Shown here: positions 37,966-46,831 of the stretch, piece after piece
Position numbering within the stretch: the stretch's first letter is position 1
Layout: the number at the start of each line of letters is the position of its first letter
The notes under the pieces: generated by a model
The model's database searches: none
What the model was told of the DNA's origin: nothing
What the model saw: only the letters and a program-made list of their open reading frames with translations
Position numbers and translations under genes: made by a program
Assembly (NCBI GenBank): GCA_903826635.1
Contig: CAIKFI010000030.1
Span: forward strand, 4,414 to 68,413
Reading direction: 5' to 3'
DNA from: an uncultured Spartobacteria bacterium
GTDB lineage: Bacteria > Verrucomicrobiota > Verrucomicrobiia > Chthoniobacterales > UBA6821
DNA length: 64,000 bases

Positions 37966-38937
37966 TCAGAGTGAGTTGGAGGCCTTGACCGGGCGCCCCT
38001 GCGCCGCCCAGTTGTCATAGAAAACCCAGCCATGCCTCACCAGAGCCAATCCCTCCTGTTCGCGGTTGGTTCCACCGAGAAGGACGACAATGATCCGGCG
38101 CGGGGTGGTCAGCACAGTGTCGCCATGGTGGATGACTTCGGGAACATGTTCGGAGGTGAGGATGATGCATTCTCCCGCGCGGGAAGTGCGGCCGGTCTTC
38201 ACCCCGTCGATGGAGTCGGTGCCGAGCAGGGTGTTGGTGTTGTGAAGGAGCACACCGAGGTTTGCGGCTCCTCGTTGGACGTGGATTTCCCGGTTTGCCT
38301 GCGACACATAGAACGAGAGCCCCGACTTGGAGTAGGCATACCGCACGAGACGGGCGAGATCGGAGGCGGTGGAGCGAGGTTCGGCCATCCCCTCGGGAGT
38401 ATCGAGTCCATGGGGGTTCAGGAAGAGCGTGCGGCGCATCCCCAACTGGCGGGCCAAGGCATTCATCTGGGAGACCGTATTGCCGACAGGATCAAGGCCG
38501 GTGGGATTCGGCAGGGCCATGCCCAAGTGATCGGCAAGGGTGACGGCCGCAACATTGTCGGAAGCAAGCAGACAGGCATAGAGGAGATCCCTCAGCGTGA
38601 GGACATCGCCCACCTGAAGGCCAAGGGGATTGATCCCCCCCGTCGAGGTGATGGCGGATTCCGGCACGGTGGCCTTTTCGTCCAGATTACCGCCCTTGAG
38701 CTCCGACCAATCGAGCGCAACCATGGCCAGCCCCAGCTTTGTCAGGCTGGCGACCGGCACCTTCTGATCCTTGCTCACGCCCTCCAGAATCCGACCCGTC
38801 TGGTTGTCCACGATGATGGAACTCTCGGCATAAAGTGAAGACCCAATAAAAATCCCTGCAAGGAGGCAAAATAGAAAACGGAGGAAATGACGCTGCATAA
38901 ACACCCTGTCGATAAAGCTATCAGCCCATTTTTGCAA
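37966..38937 (-). CDS. D-alanyl-D-alanine carboxypeptidase (S11-like), copy 2
   Basis: SxxK (ASLTKL), SxN (SDNVAA) and KTG (KTGRT) motifs. N-terminal signal/anchor. Confidence 0.75.
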   Translation of the reverse strand: MQKWADSFIDRVFMQRHFLRFLFCLLAGIFIGSSLYAESSIIVDNQTGRILEGVSKDQKVPVASLTKLGLAMVALDWSELKGGNLDEKATVPESAITSTGGINPLGLQVGDVLTLRDLLYACLLASDNVAAVTLADHLGMALPNPTGLDPVGNTVSQMNALARQLGMRRTLFLNPHGLDTPEGMAEPRSTASDLARLVRYAYSKSGLSFYVSQANREIHVQRGAANLGVLLHNTNTLLGTDSIDGVKTGRTSRAGECIILTSEHVPEVIHHGDTVLTTPRRIIVVLLGGTNREQEGLALVRHGWVFYDNWAAQGRPVKASNSL

Positions 38938-39083
38938 TCCGGAACGAGAAGTCTAAGTGATCAACGCTAGCTCCCTCAGGCTTGGAAATTTGGATGCCGC
39001 GCGCGGCCGACCAATCACTGCTGCAGTGAACGACTGCAAGCGCAGACCAACGCCGCGATCCGCTAAGATCGGGAGCCGTCCCT

Positions 39084-39782
39084 TCAGGTCCCGCGAGTGT
39101 TGCCGTATAACTCAATCTGCAAACGCGGGGCAAAACGAAATCCGTGCTCCTGACAAATCCGGGCTAGCACCGGGCCTCGTTCCCTCAAGGTCGTGACATC
39201 CGTCCCCTCGGGCATGAGCAGAACCCGGTCACGGGTGAATCCGGGGACGGCCCCGATTTCATTCAGTAGTTCCTCGATCTCGGAGAGGTCCGACGCTTGG
39301 GAAACCACGAACTTGAGCTGGCAGGGGCCTGCCTCCAGCCACTGCCGGATGAACTCCGGCTTCCATCGGGTTGCCTCATGCCTCTCCCGCCATGGGCCGG
39401 CGACTTCCGCGTCCGGAGTGGAGTTCGCAAGCTTCGGGCTCAGCGAGGCCAGATCGCAGGCGATGCCTTCGGGAGCGACTGTCGCCGCCGTCTCAATCGT
39501 GATGTGAAAGTCCTCCGCGCGCAGCATGGTAGCAAATTCCCGAATCCCCGACGCCACCATCGGCTCCCCGCCGGTCAACACGACATGGCGGCAATTGTAG
39601 CCCCTGACCCTCTCCATGATGTCAGGCAGGGTCATCTCCTCTCCCTCCGGATTCCAGGAGGCGTAGGGCGTATCGCACCAGCGGCAGCGCAAATTGCATC
39701 CCGAGGTCCTGATAAAAACGGAGGGGACTCCGATCAGAAGCCCCTCGCCCTGTATGGAATGGAAGATCTCGGAGATTCTCAC
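39084..39782 (-). CDS. queE: 7-carboxy-7-deazaguanine synthase (radical SAM)
   Basis: ISEIFHSIQGEG...RTSGCNLRCRWCDT. Start is taken as GTG 39782, just after the queC stop; the track ORF to 39917 overlaps queC. Confidence 0.8.
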   Translation of the reverse strand: MRISEIFHSIQGEGLLIGVPSVFIRTSGCNLRCRWCDTPYASWNPEGEEMTLPDIMERVRGYNCRHVVLTGGEPMVASGIREFATMLRAEDFHITIETAATVAPEGIACDLASLSPKLANSTPDAEVAGPWRERHEATRWKPEFIRQWLEAGPCQLKFVVSQASDLSEIEELLNEIGAVPGFTRDRVLLMPEGTDVTTLRERGPVLARICQEHGFRFAPRLQIELYGNTRGT

Positions 39783-39789
39783 GGTAGCT

Positions 39790-40476
39790 TCAGGCAGAAG
39801 GCTTTGCCGGCAGGGGAGCCATCTCTGCATAGATCGTCGGGTCGGCCACCCCGGCCAGGAGGAATGCCTCGCGCCTCTCAACACACGTGCCGCAGGTGCC
39901 GCAATGAATCTCCCCACCCTTGTAACACGACCAGGTCCGGGAAAAATCGACCCCGAGCGCGGCTCCTCGACGCACGATGCCGGCCTTGTCGATGGCGACG
40001 AAGGGTCTCAGCAGCTCAATCCCGGCATAGGTTCCGGCACGGATGGCATCAGCCATGGGCTTAAGAAAGTCCTCCCGGCAATCAGGGTAGATGGCATGGT
40101 CTCCGGAGTGCGCCGCGATAACGACCGCCTCCGCACCTTTGCTTTCCGCAAATCCGGCCGCAATCGAGAGCATGATCCCGTTCCGGAACGGGACAACTGT
40201 GCTCTTCATCGAGGCCTCCTCGTAATGACCGTCGGGAATGGATCCCCCGCTCAAGAGCAGATCGGAATGGAACTCCTCCGCGACGAAGGGGAGGCTTACG
40301 ATGACATGGGGAACCCCCGCATTCCTGCTCTGCGATGCCGCCATGGGCAACTCCCGGGAGTGGTGTTTGGCACCGTAATCAATGCTCAGCGTGGCGACCA
40401 CCTCGTGCTCCGTGAGCGCCTGATACAGTGCCGTGACGGAATCCAGTCCGCCGCTTAGCAGAACGACGACCTTCAC
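39790..40476 (-). CDS. queC: 7-cyano-7-deazaguanine synthase
   Basis: VVLLSGGLDS PP-loop and C-terminal zinc cysteines CGTCGTCVERR. Confidence 0.9.
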   Translation of the reverse strand: MKVVVLLSGGLDSVTALYQALTEHEVVATLSIDYGAKHHSRELPMAASQSRNAGVPHVIVSLPFVAEEFHSDLLLSGGSIPDGHYEEASMKSTVVPFRNGIMLSIAAGFAESKGAEAVVIAAHSGDHAIYPDCREDFLKPMADAIRAGTYAGIELLRPFVAIDKAGIVRRGAALGVDFSRTWSCYKGGEIHCGTCGTCVERREAFLLAGVADPTIYAEMAPLPAKPSA

Positions 40477-40928
40477 CGTTTTCTTTTTCCAAGAGGGGAT
40501 TTTTTGCCTTGGTGGCTGGCCTCCACACGGATGCCGATGCCGCCACGGGGTGCAAAATCACCGATCACCACGGCGCGGCGCGGCGCAATGGCCTTCACGA
40601 CATCATCCAGGATCCTGTTGGTGATGCCCTCGGCAAAGACAGCCTGATTACGGTAGGCACCGAGATACTGCTTGAGCGACTTGCTCTCGATGCAGAACCG
40701 GTCAGGCGTGTAGCGGATCGTGATCTCGGCAAAGTCGGGCTGGCCAGTCACCGGACAGTGGGAGGTGAACTCCCGAGTCGAGAAGGTGACTTCATAATCG
40801 CGATCCGTGGGGCTCGCGAACGTTTCCAGCACGGCTTGGTCGGGTGAGGAGAGCTGCGGCATCGGACCTCCGCCGAGAAGCGTTAGGCTACGGGTGTCCG
40901 ATGCTGGTTTTTTCGATTTCTTGGCCAT
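40473..40928 (-). CDS. queF: NADPH-dependent 7-cyano-7-deazaguanine reductase (type I, unimodular)
   Basis: Catalytic Cys in TSHCPVTGQPDF and the QueF motif ESKSLKQYL. Start at MAKKSKK (40928). Confidence 0.85.
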   Translation of the reverse strand: MAKKSKKPASDTRSLTLLGGGPMPQLSSPDQAVLETFASPTDRDYEVTFSTREFTSHCPVTGQPDFAEITIRYTPDRFCIESKSLKQYLGAYRNQAVFAEGITNRILDDVVKAIAPRRAVVIGDFAPRGGIGIRVEASHQGKKSPLGKRKR

Positions 40929-40983
40929 GGGCGAGATCGTCCCGCAGAGATACCTTCCAGCCAAGGAAGAACTGACGGAAGGC

Positions 40984-41889
40984 TTAAAGCGCCAGCAGGC
41001 GGAGAGCCTCGCTCAAATCCTCATCCCCATGCCTGCAACACGAGAGATTGAGCACCGGAAAGTCATGCTGATGACGAAACCAGGTCATCTGGCGCTTTGC
41101 GTAGCGCCGGGTTGATGCGGAGATCTCGGCGATGGCTTCCTCTCGGGAGAGCTCTCCCCGAAGGTGGGATCTGATCTCCCGCAGCCCCAGCGTCATCGCG
41201 GCCGTGGGGCCTGTTTTTTCCTCCGTCAGAGCCGCCACCTCAGCCTCCACTCCATGATCGAACATCGCCTTCACATTCGCATCGATGCGGCTGTTGAGGT
41301 CCTCCCGATCACGGGTCACGAGAAGGGTACGAACCCCGGGAGGGGGAGGCGTGGATCCCGTGCGGGATGCAGCCAGCGGCTTACCCGTGAGCAGGATAAT
41401 CTCCAGGGCCCGTTCGACCCTTCGGCGGTTAGCCAGATCAATCTTTCCCGGAGCTTCTGCATCCAACTCCCTCAAACGCGTGATAAGTTCCGGAAGTGAC
41501 ATTCCTTCCCACTCCTTGCGGAGTTCGGGATTGCCCGAGGGGAGATCATGGAGCCCCCCGAGCAGTGCCTTCACATAGAGTCCTGTTCCGCCCACGACAA
41601 GGGGACATTTTCCCCGGGCAACAATAGCTTCAAGGGTTGGAAGGGCCTCCCTGAGATAACGCCCGACATCATAAGCCTCGGAGGGATCAACCGATCCGAC
41701 AAAATGATGGGGAACCTGCCTGATAGGACTCGCTCCAGGCTGGGCTGTCAGGATGGGAAGACCTCGATAAATCTGAAAGGCATCCGCACCGATAATCTCG
41801 GAGGAAATCTCCTTGGCAAGTCGGAGGGAGAGATCCGTTTTGCCGACCCCGGTGGGGCCGGCAATGATGATTGTTTCCGCAGGAATCAC
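40984..41889 (-). CDS. miaA: tRNA dimethylallyltransferase
   Basis: IIIAGPTGVGKT P-loop, then ..GADAFQIYRGLPILTAQP.. and VPHHFVG. Confidence 0.9.
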   Translation of the reverse strand: MIPAETIIIAGPTGVGKTDLSLRLAKEISSEIIGADAFQIYRGLPILTAQPGASPIRQVPHHFVGSVDPSEAYDVGRYLREALPTLEAIVARGKCPLVVGGTGLYVKALLGGLHDLPSGNPELRKEWEGMSLPELITRLRELDAEAPGKIDLANRRRVERALEIILLTGKPLAASRTGSTPPPPGVRTLLVTRDREDLNSRIDANVKAMFDHGVEAEVAALTEEKTGPTAAMTLGLREIRSHLRGELSREEAIAEISASTRRYAKRQMTWFRHQHDFPVLNLSCCRHGDEDLSEALRLLAL

Positions 41890-41913
41890 GGAAACGTTGT
41901 TCGTGACGGTTTG

Positions 41914-42537
41914 TTACGCAGCCGCCGTGTCGGCTGTCGCACCCTCGGAGGCCTCGCGACGCTCGGAGCGTTCGCTACGGCTCTCAGCAACGGCCTTTGC
42001 TCCGCTGACAACAAGTTTACGGCCCATGTATTCCTTGTCGTGAAGGGTATCGACCGCACGTTTGGCCTCGTCTACCGTAGTCAGTTGAACAAAGCCGAAT
42101 CCTTTCGAACGCTGGGTCTCGCGGTTGGAGACGATCTCGACATTCTGGACAGATCCCACTCCGCTGAAGAGCTCGTGAAGGTCGCTCTCCGTGGCGTCAA
42201 AGGAGAGATTGCCGACATATACGCGTGGTGTGGTGACCTCGATGCGCTCGGGTTTGCGCGCCTGACGGGGGGTGAAACCCTCGGGGCGATCCGCACGCTG
42301 GGTACGACCCTGACTTTTTGGAGCGGACTTCTTGCCGCCACCGATGCCGATCAACGAGAGCAGCTTGGCAAAGAATCCCTGCTTCTTGGCGGGCTGGCTG
42401 GGGGCCTGGTCACGGCGAGGACGGTCTTCGCCGCGATATCCGCCGGAGCGGCCCGACGAGCCTTGGGAACCGGAGGAACGACGACGGGTGCCGCCGCTTC
42501 CGGAGCGGTTGCGATTGGAGGAATAATTTGAGGACAT
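41914..42537 (-). CDS. RNA-binding protein with an Arg/Gly/Ser-rich N-terminus and a C-terminal RRM domain
   Basis: RNP2 VYVGNL and RNP1 KGFGFV motifs. Start is trimmed to MSSNYSS (42537); upstream sequence in the track ORF looks non-coding. Confidence 0.75.
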   Translation of the reverse strand: MSSNYSSNRNRSGSGGTRRRSSGSQGSSGRSGGYRGEDRPRRDQAPSQPAKKQGFFAKLLSLIGIGGGKKSAPKSQGRTQRADRPEGFTPRQARKPERIEVTTPRVYVGNLSFDATESDLHELFSGVGSVQNVEIVSNRETQRSKGFGFVQLTTVDEAKRAVDTLHDKEYMGRKLVVSGAKAVAESRSERSERREASEGATADTAAA

Positions 42538-43308
42538 TGGATGGTGTGTTGTTGGAAAATCCCTGTGGGTCACGGCCCGGGACACGTGGTCGGGGCTGAC
42601 TGGGATCAGTGCTTTTCTAGTTCTATACGTAGGTGTGTTGATGGCCCGGTAGCCGCCTCCTCCGCTGTGTCCCGACCCTCCCTTGATGGGGGAAGATGAA
42701 GTGCGGTGGGCGTTTTTTGTCCGCCTGCAGTCTTTACGGGACGACCGGCTTCGGTGGTGAAGACGTCCTCCCCGGAAAAAACCATGAAGGAAAGGTCTCA
42801 AAACAATTTCCCCTCTGATTCCGTGAATCGGCCTTAAACCGCCCCGCCATGTGGCGGCTGCTTATTACGAGCACCTCTTCTCTCTCATCATCTGTTGCGG
42901 GAGACAAGGCAAATCGTCCGTCGGGTCGGAAACTGGTGTCACGCCCTCTTTGGCAAGAGGTTGGAAATGGGGCAACATTCCGGCTTTGGGAGCACCTTTT
43001 CCCACGTTCTTTGCCTGTCCTTACCTCTCGAGGAGGAGGATTACCGAGAAAGCCCTCAAGTTATTCACATGCCCTGATCATGCTGTCGTTTGCGCGGATC
43101 CCTCTTGGAGCCTGATTTTATCATGTGTTACAGGACTGTCACAAAGAGAAGCCCCTCATTCATTGGATCAGAGTATGTTCCACAGATGAGAGCCCCAGAT
43201 CTCTAGTTAAGCGGGGGGGTCGTCACTTTGGATGAGATGCTGTTCCACATCCTCTTCCAAAGAAGGTTTCAGGTTTTTACACAACTTATTCACATCCCCT
43301 GTCGGTTC

Positions 43309-43548
43309 CTAGGAAGATCTCCTTGAAGGACGCTCGTTCAAGCTTCCACAGGCGGGGCAGTGGGGAAGTTCGGCAGTGCTGATATCGCTGTAACGGGAAT
43401 CGCAGATCCTACAGTGAACGAGTTCCTGATTCGAGATCCCCTCGCTCCTCCTGCGGATCACCTCGTAACCCATCCAGAGCAGGATCATGCCGACCAGAAA
43501 AACCCCGAGGTAGAGGCAGACAAACCAGGAGAGGGTGATCGGTATCAT
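43309..43548 (-). CDS. Small membrane protein with a C-terminal zinc ribbon (CxxC...CxxC)
   Basis: 79 aa from ATG 43548, which overlaps the upstream stop as ATGA. One TM (WFVCLYLGVFLVGMILLWMG), then HCRICDS...HCPACGS. Confidence 0.5.
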   Translation of the reverse strand: MIPITLSWFVCLYLGVFLVGMILLWMGYEVIRRRSEGISNQELVHCRICDSRYSDISTAELPHCPACGSLNERPSRRSS

Positions 43549-44399
43549 GGTGAACTCTTGGGGCTGCCCGTCTGTTTGGCATGGGAACCCCAGCGAATGA
43601 TCACCCGACCCCAAGTTGTTCGGTCCGAGGGTTGAAACCGCACCTGTTGAATCCAGATGCGTCCGGCCTCATCGCTTGCCGCATCGCCGCAGGTCCCGAT
43701 CAGAACATTGTGCATGGGGATTCCATCTTCATTAACAGCCACTTGATAGAGTGAGACTTCCGCCCACATATCCTCGCTGGAAGGGGGCGTTTTCGGGTTG
43801 CCGGTCACCTTCACCCGGCCACTTAGATCGTCCTCCCATCGGACAACGGTCTCTTGGGGAGAAGTTGTGGTTGGCTGGATGTTCGCCGGGCTTTGCACCG
43901 GGATCGGGAGAGTTTTTCGTCCTAAGGCTCCCATCACCTCCGTCCCGCCGGAGACGCCCCCCTGCTGGGGAAGAGGAGGGGGTTGGAGAGGGGAGGACGT
44001 CTCCGGCGGGAGGGCCCGGAGCGGTGGTGGTGGCTCCATGTAGCTGGGGCGATAGCCTAAGGGAGGCGGCGAAGGGAGGGCCGTGCGCGCGGCGCGCTGG
44101 GGTAAAAAAACTGCCGGATCATTTGCTTCAAGCCAGGGAGCGAGCAGGCGGGCCGCCTTGGAATCGGGAGGCAGGAAGTAGACCTGAGGAGATTCCAGCC
44201 TAGGGGCGGATGGAACCCTGTAACTGATGGAAAAAAGAAAAATCATCATTCCCTGAAGGATGGCGGCAAGGAGGATGCATAGCGGGAGGGCAAGACGTGG
44301 CGCCTGTCGGATCGGCCACTGGTAGAGTAAATGGGCCAACCCCCCAAGCTCCCGCGGCGATATTGGTGCCAGCGGCCCCCGTGGCAATTCAGTCATCAT
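43545..44399 (-). CDS. TonB-like protein (TM anchor, Pro-rich spacer, TonB_C-like end)
   Basis: Start ATG 44399 overlaps the exbD-like stop (ATGA). Anchor LPLCILLAAILQGMMIFLF, a PPPL-rich centre, and C-terminus ..VAVNEDGIPMHNVLIGTCGDAASDEAGRIWIQQVRFQP.. resembling the TonB C-terminal domain. Confidence 0.5.
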   Translation of the reverse strand: MMTELPRGPLAPISPRELGGLAHLLYQWPIRQAPRLALPLCILLAAILQGMMIFLFSISYRVPSAPRLESPQVYFLPPDSKAARLLAPWLEANDPAVFLPQRAARTALPSPPPLGYRPSYMEPPPPLRALPPETSSPLQPPPLPQQGGVSGGTEVMGALGRKTLPIPVQSPANIQPTTTSPQETVVRWEDDLSGRVKVTGNPKTPPSSEDMWAEVSLYQVAVNEDGIPMHNVLIGTCGDAASDEAGRIWIQQVRFQPSDRTTWGRVIIRWGSHAKQTGSPKSSP

Positions 44400-44800
44400 G
44401 AGGCCGGTTTGGAATCCGTGGCCAGCACCACCGTAAATCCGCAACGAATCCCGATCGTCATGATCTGCAGCAGCAGATCATACGGAGCAAGCCGGTCCGC
44501 CTTGATGATGAGGCTTCCGGTTTTGCGAACCTTTCCAAGGGCTTTCTCCAACTCGGCCGGCGACACCACGCTGCGCTCGTAGTAAATCTGAGGAAGTGGT
44601 GCCCCGGTGACGCTCACCACCTGTGGGTCATGCTGGGGAAGAAGGAGGAACGGCGAATCCGGCACTTTCAATGGGATCCCCGGTTGAAGAGTGAAGGATC
44701 CGGTCAGCAGAAGGTAGAAGGCCAGACTCAGTAGGGTCGCAAGCACCGGCGCAAGGAGCAGAAAGGGTGACCCGGCACCCGCAAGACGCGGAAGTCTCAT
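44396..44800 (-). CDS. ExbD/TolR-like protein (second copy)
   Basis: 134 aa. N-terminal TM and periplasmic domain (..PQIYYERSVVSPAELEKALGKVRKTGSLIIKADRLAPYDLLLQIM..). 4-nt overlap with the upstream gene. Confidence 0.7.
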   Translation of the reverse strand: MRLPRLAGAGSPFLLLAPVLATLLSLAFYLLLTGSFTLQPGIPLKVPDSPFLLLPQHDPQVVSVTGAPLPQIYYERSVVSPAELEKALGKVRKTGSLIIKADRLAPYDLLLQIMTIGIRCGFTVVLATDSKPAS

Positions 44801-45429
44801 GCACCCGGCTGATCGCCGCCGGTCGGAGGGACGGTGAGCAGATTCACGATCTCGATCCCGGCACGCTCCATGTCGTGAATGATGTCGTTGACCCTGGAGG
44901 TCAGGTAGCTGTGTCCGATGAAAGCCGGAATGGCCACAGCCAATCCTGCCGAAGCATTGAGCAAACTCTCGTAAACCCCCCGCGACAGCTCCTCCGCCGT
45001 GGCGTAACCACCATGCGCGGAGACGGCAAGAAAGGCATCCAGCAGGCCAAGCACCATGCCGAGTAACCCCACCAGCGGGGTGACATAGGCAAGGGTGGCA
45101 AGGATCAGTAGATTCTTCTCCAGCTTAGGGATCTCTAGAAGTGCGGAATCCCGAGTGATGGACTGGAGGACCTCCCTCTGCTCGTTGGGCCGGAGGAGTG
45201 CGGCGAGCAGAACCCGTGAAACGGGTCCGGTCATCGCGGAGCATTCCCCGAGCGCCTCGGCAATCCTACCGTTGCGGATGAGGAGGGAGAGTCCACCGAG
45301 CAACTCCCCGATCCTGATGGAAACGCGATGCAGGTAGATGAGGCGTTCCAAAAAAACCCCGAGTGCCACCACACTGCAGAGGAGGATGATCCACATGAGT
45401 GGACCGCCTTTTTGCAAGAGTTCAAGCAT
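44797..45429 (-). CDS. MotA/TolQ/ExbB-family proton channel (second copy)
   Basis: GGPLMWIILLCSVVALGVFLER N-terminus and conserved C-terminal TM2-TM3 region LAYVTPLVGLLGMVLGLLDAF...ESLLNASAGLAVAIPAFIGH. Confidence 0.8.
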   Translation of the reverse strand: MLELLQKGGPLMWIILLCSVVALGVFLERLIYLHRVSIRIGELLGGLSLLIRNGRIAEALGECSAMTGPVSRVLLAALLRPNEQREVLQSITRDSALLEIPKLEKNLLILATLAYVTPLVGLLGMVLGLLDAFLAVSAHGGYATAEELSRGVYESLLNASAGLAVAIPAFIGHSYLTSRVNDIIHDMERAGIEIVNLLTVPPTGGDQPGA

Positions 45430-45503
45430 GGCGGGATTCTAGCGACAGCAACAAAGCCTTAAAAAGGTTAAAAATCCGTTTCTTTCCCGCTTCCACTCTC
45501 TTT

Positions 45504-46736
45504 TCAACAAGCTCCCTTGGTTGGAAGCGCCTTGGCATTGGACAAATGGCCCAAGATCTCCTGCAGGCGCTCCCTCACTCCGGGAACAAACCCCCTGTCT
45601 GCGTGCATCACGAGCAGGCATAACTCGCCCTTGTGGACAAAACTCAGGGCTCCCTGTTCCGCATGCAGGGTCACGGCGGGAACAGCTCCCAAACCCATTT
45701 TATCCGACGCCTCACGGATCTGTGAAAGCATCGTCATGGCCTGGCCGCTGAGCGTTTGGAGATCAAGGCCGGTCGTCGGGTAGGAGGCGCACACGACTTG
45801 GTCGCCGTAGGCGAGGACGCAGGCACGGATTCCGGGCAACTGCCCCGCCAGTCCAATCACGCGATCAAGGGTCAGCTTCTCCTCGGTCATGAAGAGTTCC
45901 TGCAAGGCGGAGGGATCCTCAATCTGTTCTTCGGGATCCAACTTCCAGAGGGGCTCCACGGTTAGGGCTAAAGGCGTTTTCTCCTCCCCATGGACTGGGG
46001 GTTGGATCTCAAGAGGTTCGTTTTGTCCGGGAAAGACACTCTCCCGTAAAACGGCGGTATCCCTAGGATCGGGTGAAGTTTCAGCCGGTCTGTGTCGGCT
46101 GAAAATTGGAAGCGAGGCAAAGATCCCACGGTTGACCACCCGTTCGGGTAGAATCGTCTTCTCCCCATGCTTCTCCGAGAACTCCGCAGGGTCAGGCTCC
46201 TCAAGGTGATCGATAGGAAGGTTGAGCGGCGGCGAGTGCTCCTCGCCGGCTCTAGAGAACTGTTTTATGTCTGGCTTGGTATCCGTTCCTGAAAGAGAGC
46301 GTCCCTCCGTGTGTGAGATAACACGGCCAGGATCCGATTTTTGTCGTTCTGCCCCTTCAGATCCTTGCGGTTGGGTCGCATCGACTCCCTCGGAGGTCAT
46401 CACCCGGCGGCGGGTGGAAAGGCGGTAATGGAGCACAAGCCAGCCGGCGGGGAGGTCCACCTTCCGAATCCGGTCAGCCTCTGTGGACAGAACGATCCTC
46501 CCCGGAAGCAGATCGCTAAGCGTTCCGAGGGAAAGTCTCGGTGTATTGCCCGATAGGAGATCCTTGCAAGGTAGTTCGACGGCTTCCGGCAAGGGTCTGC
46601 CTGACGATCCCCCGATGGGATCTTGCACGTATTCCGGGGGAATCCTCTGCATTAACTCCACTAAGGGTACCGAGACGGTGGTTGGTGCCTCCTCATCGTA
46701 GCGATAGAGGGGGGTGTTCACGGATGGAGCTTCCAC
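45504..46736 (-). CDS. Hypothetical protein with a C-terminal Roadblock/LC7 (MglB-like) domain
   Basis: 410 aa. The last ~115 aa (LDRVIGLAGQLPGIRACVLAYGDQVVCASYP...LSFVHKGELCLLVMHADRGFVPGVRERLQEIL) follow the Roadblock/LC7 alpha-beta pattern. The N-terminal ~100 aa are ordered but unassigned, and the middle is acidic/Pro-rich. Confidence 0.5.
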   Translation of the reverse strand: MEAPSVNTPLYRYDEEAPTTVSVPLVELMQRIPPEYVQDPIGGSSGRPLPEAVELPCKDLLSGNTPRLSLGTLSDLLPGRIVLSTEADRIRKVDLPAGWLVLHYRLSTRRRVMTSEGVDATQPQGSEGAERQKSDPGRVISHTEGRSLSGTDTKPDIKQFSRAGEEHSPPLNLPIDHLEEPDPAEFSEKHGEKTILPERVVNRGIFASLPIFSRHRPAETSPDPRDTAVLRESVFPGQNEPLEIQPPVHGEEKTPLALTVEPLWKLDPEEQIEDPSALQELFMTEEKLTLDRVIGLAGQLPGIRACVLAYGDQVVCASYPTTGLDLQTLSGQAMTMLSQIREASDKMGLGAVPAVTLHAEQGALSFVHKGELCLLVMHADRGFVPGVRERLQEILGHLSNAKALPTKGAC

Positions 46737-46831
46737 GCCGTCATCCTCACGAAAGAATGCCCGAACCGCAATCGGGAATCCTGTTCAATAATCTTCTTGC
46801 GCAGAAGGAGCTTCACCTCCGAAATGAGCGG

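Noticed and set aside
39084-40928. Absence of queD from the queF-queC-queE operon as an anomaly
   Set aside because: queD and folE are frequently encoded elsewhere, so the absence cannot be judged from a 64-kb window.
42592-42599. tmRNA-like 5' end (GGGGCUGA) and RNase P-like GAAGGAAAGG in the 771-nt gap
   Set aside because: There is no tRNA-like 3' end (T-arm plus ..CCACCA) and no alanine-rich tag ORF. The universally conserved RNase P GAGGAAAGUCCGGGC block is also absent on either strand.
42851-43189. 112-aa and other small ORFs (42849-43115, 42895-43077) in the gap as real genes
   Set aside because: The translations are Cys/Trp/Arg/Ser-rich with no start-site signals, and three frames overlap. 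They were treated as non-coding.
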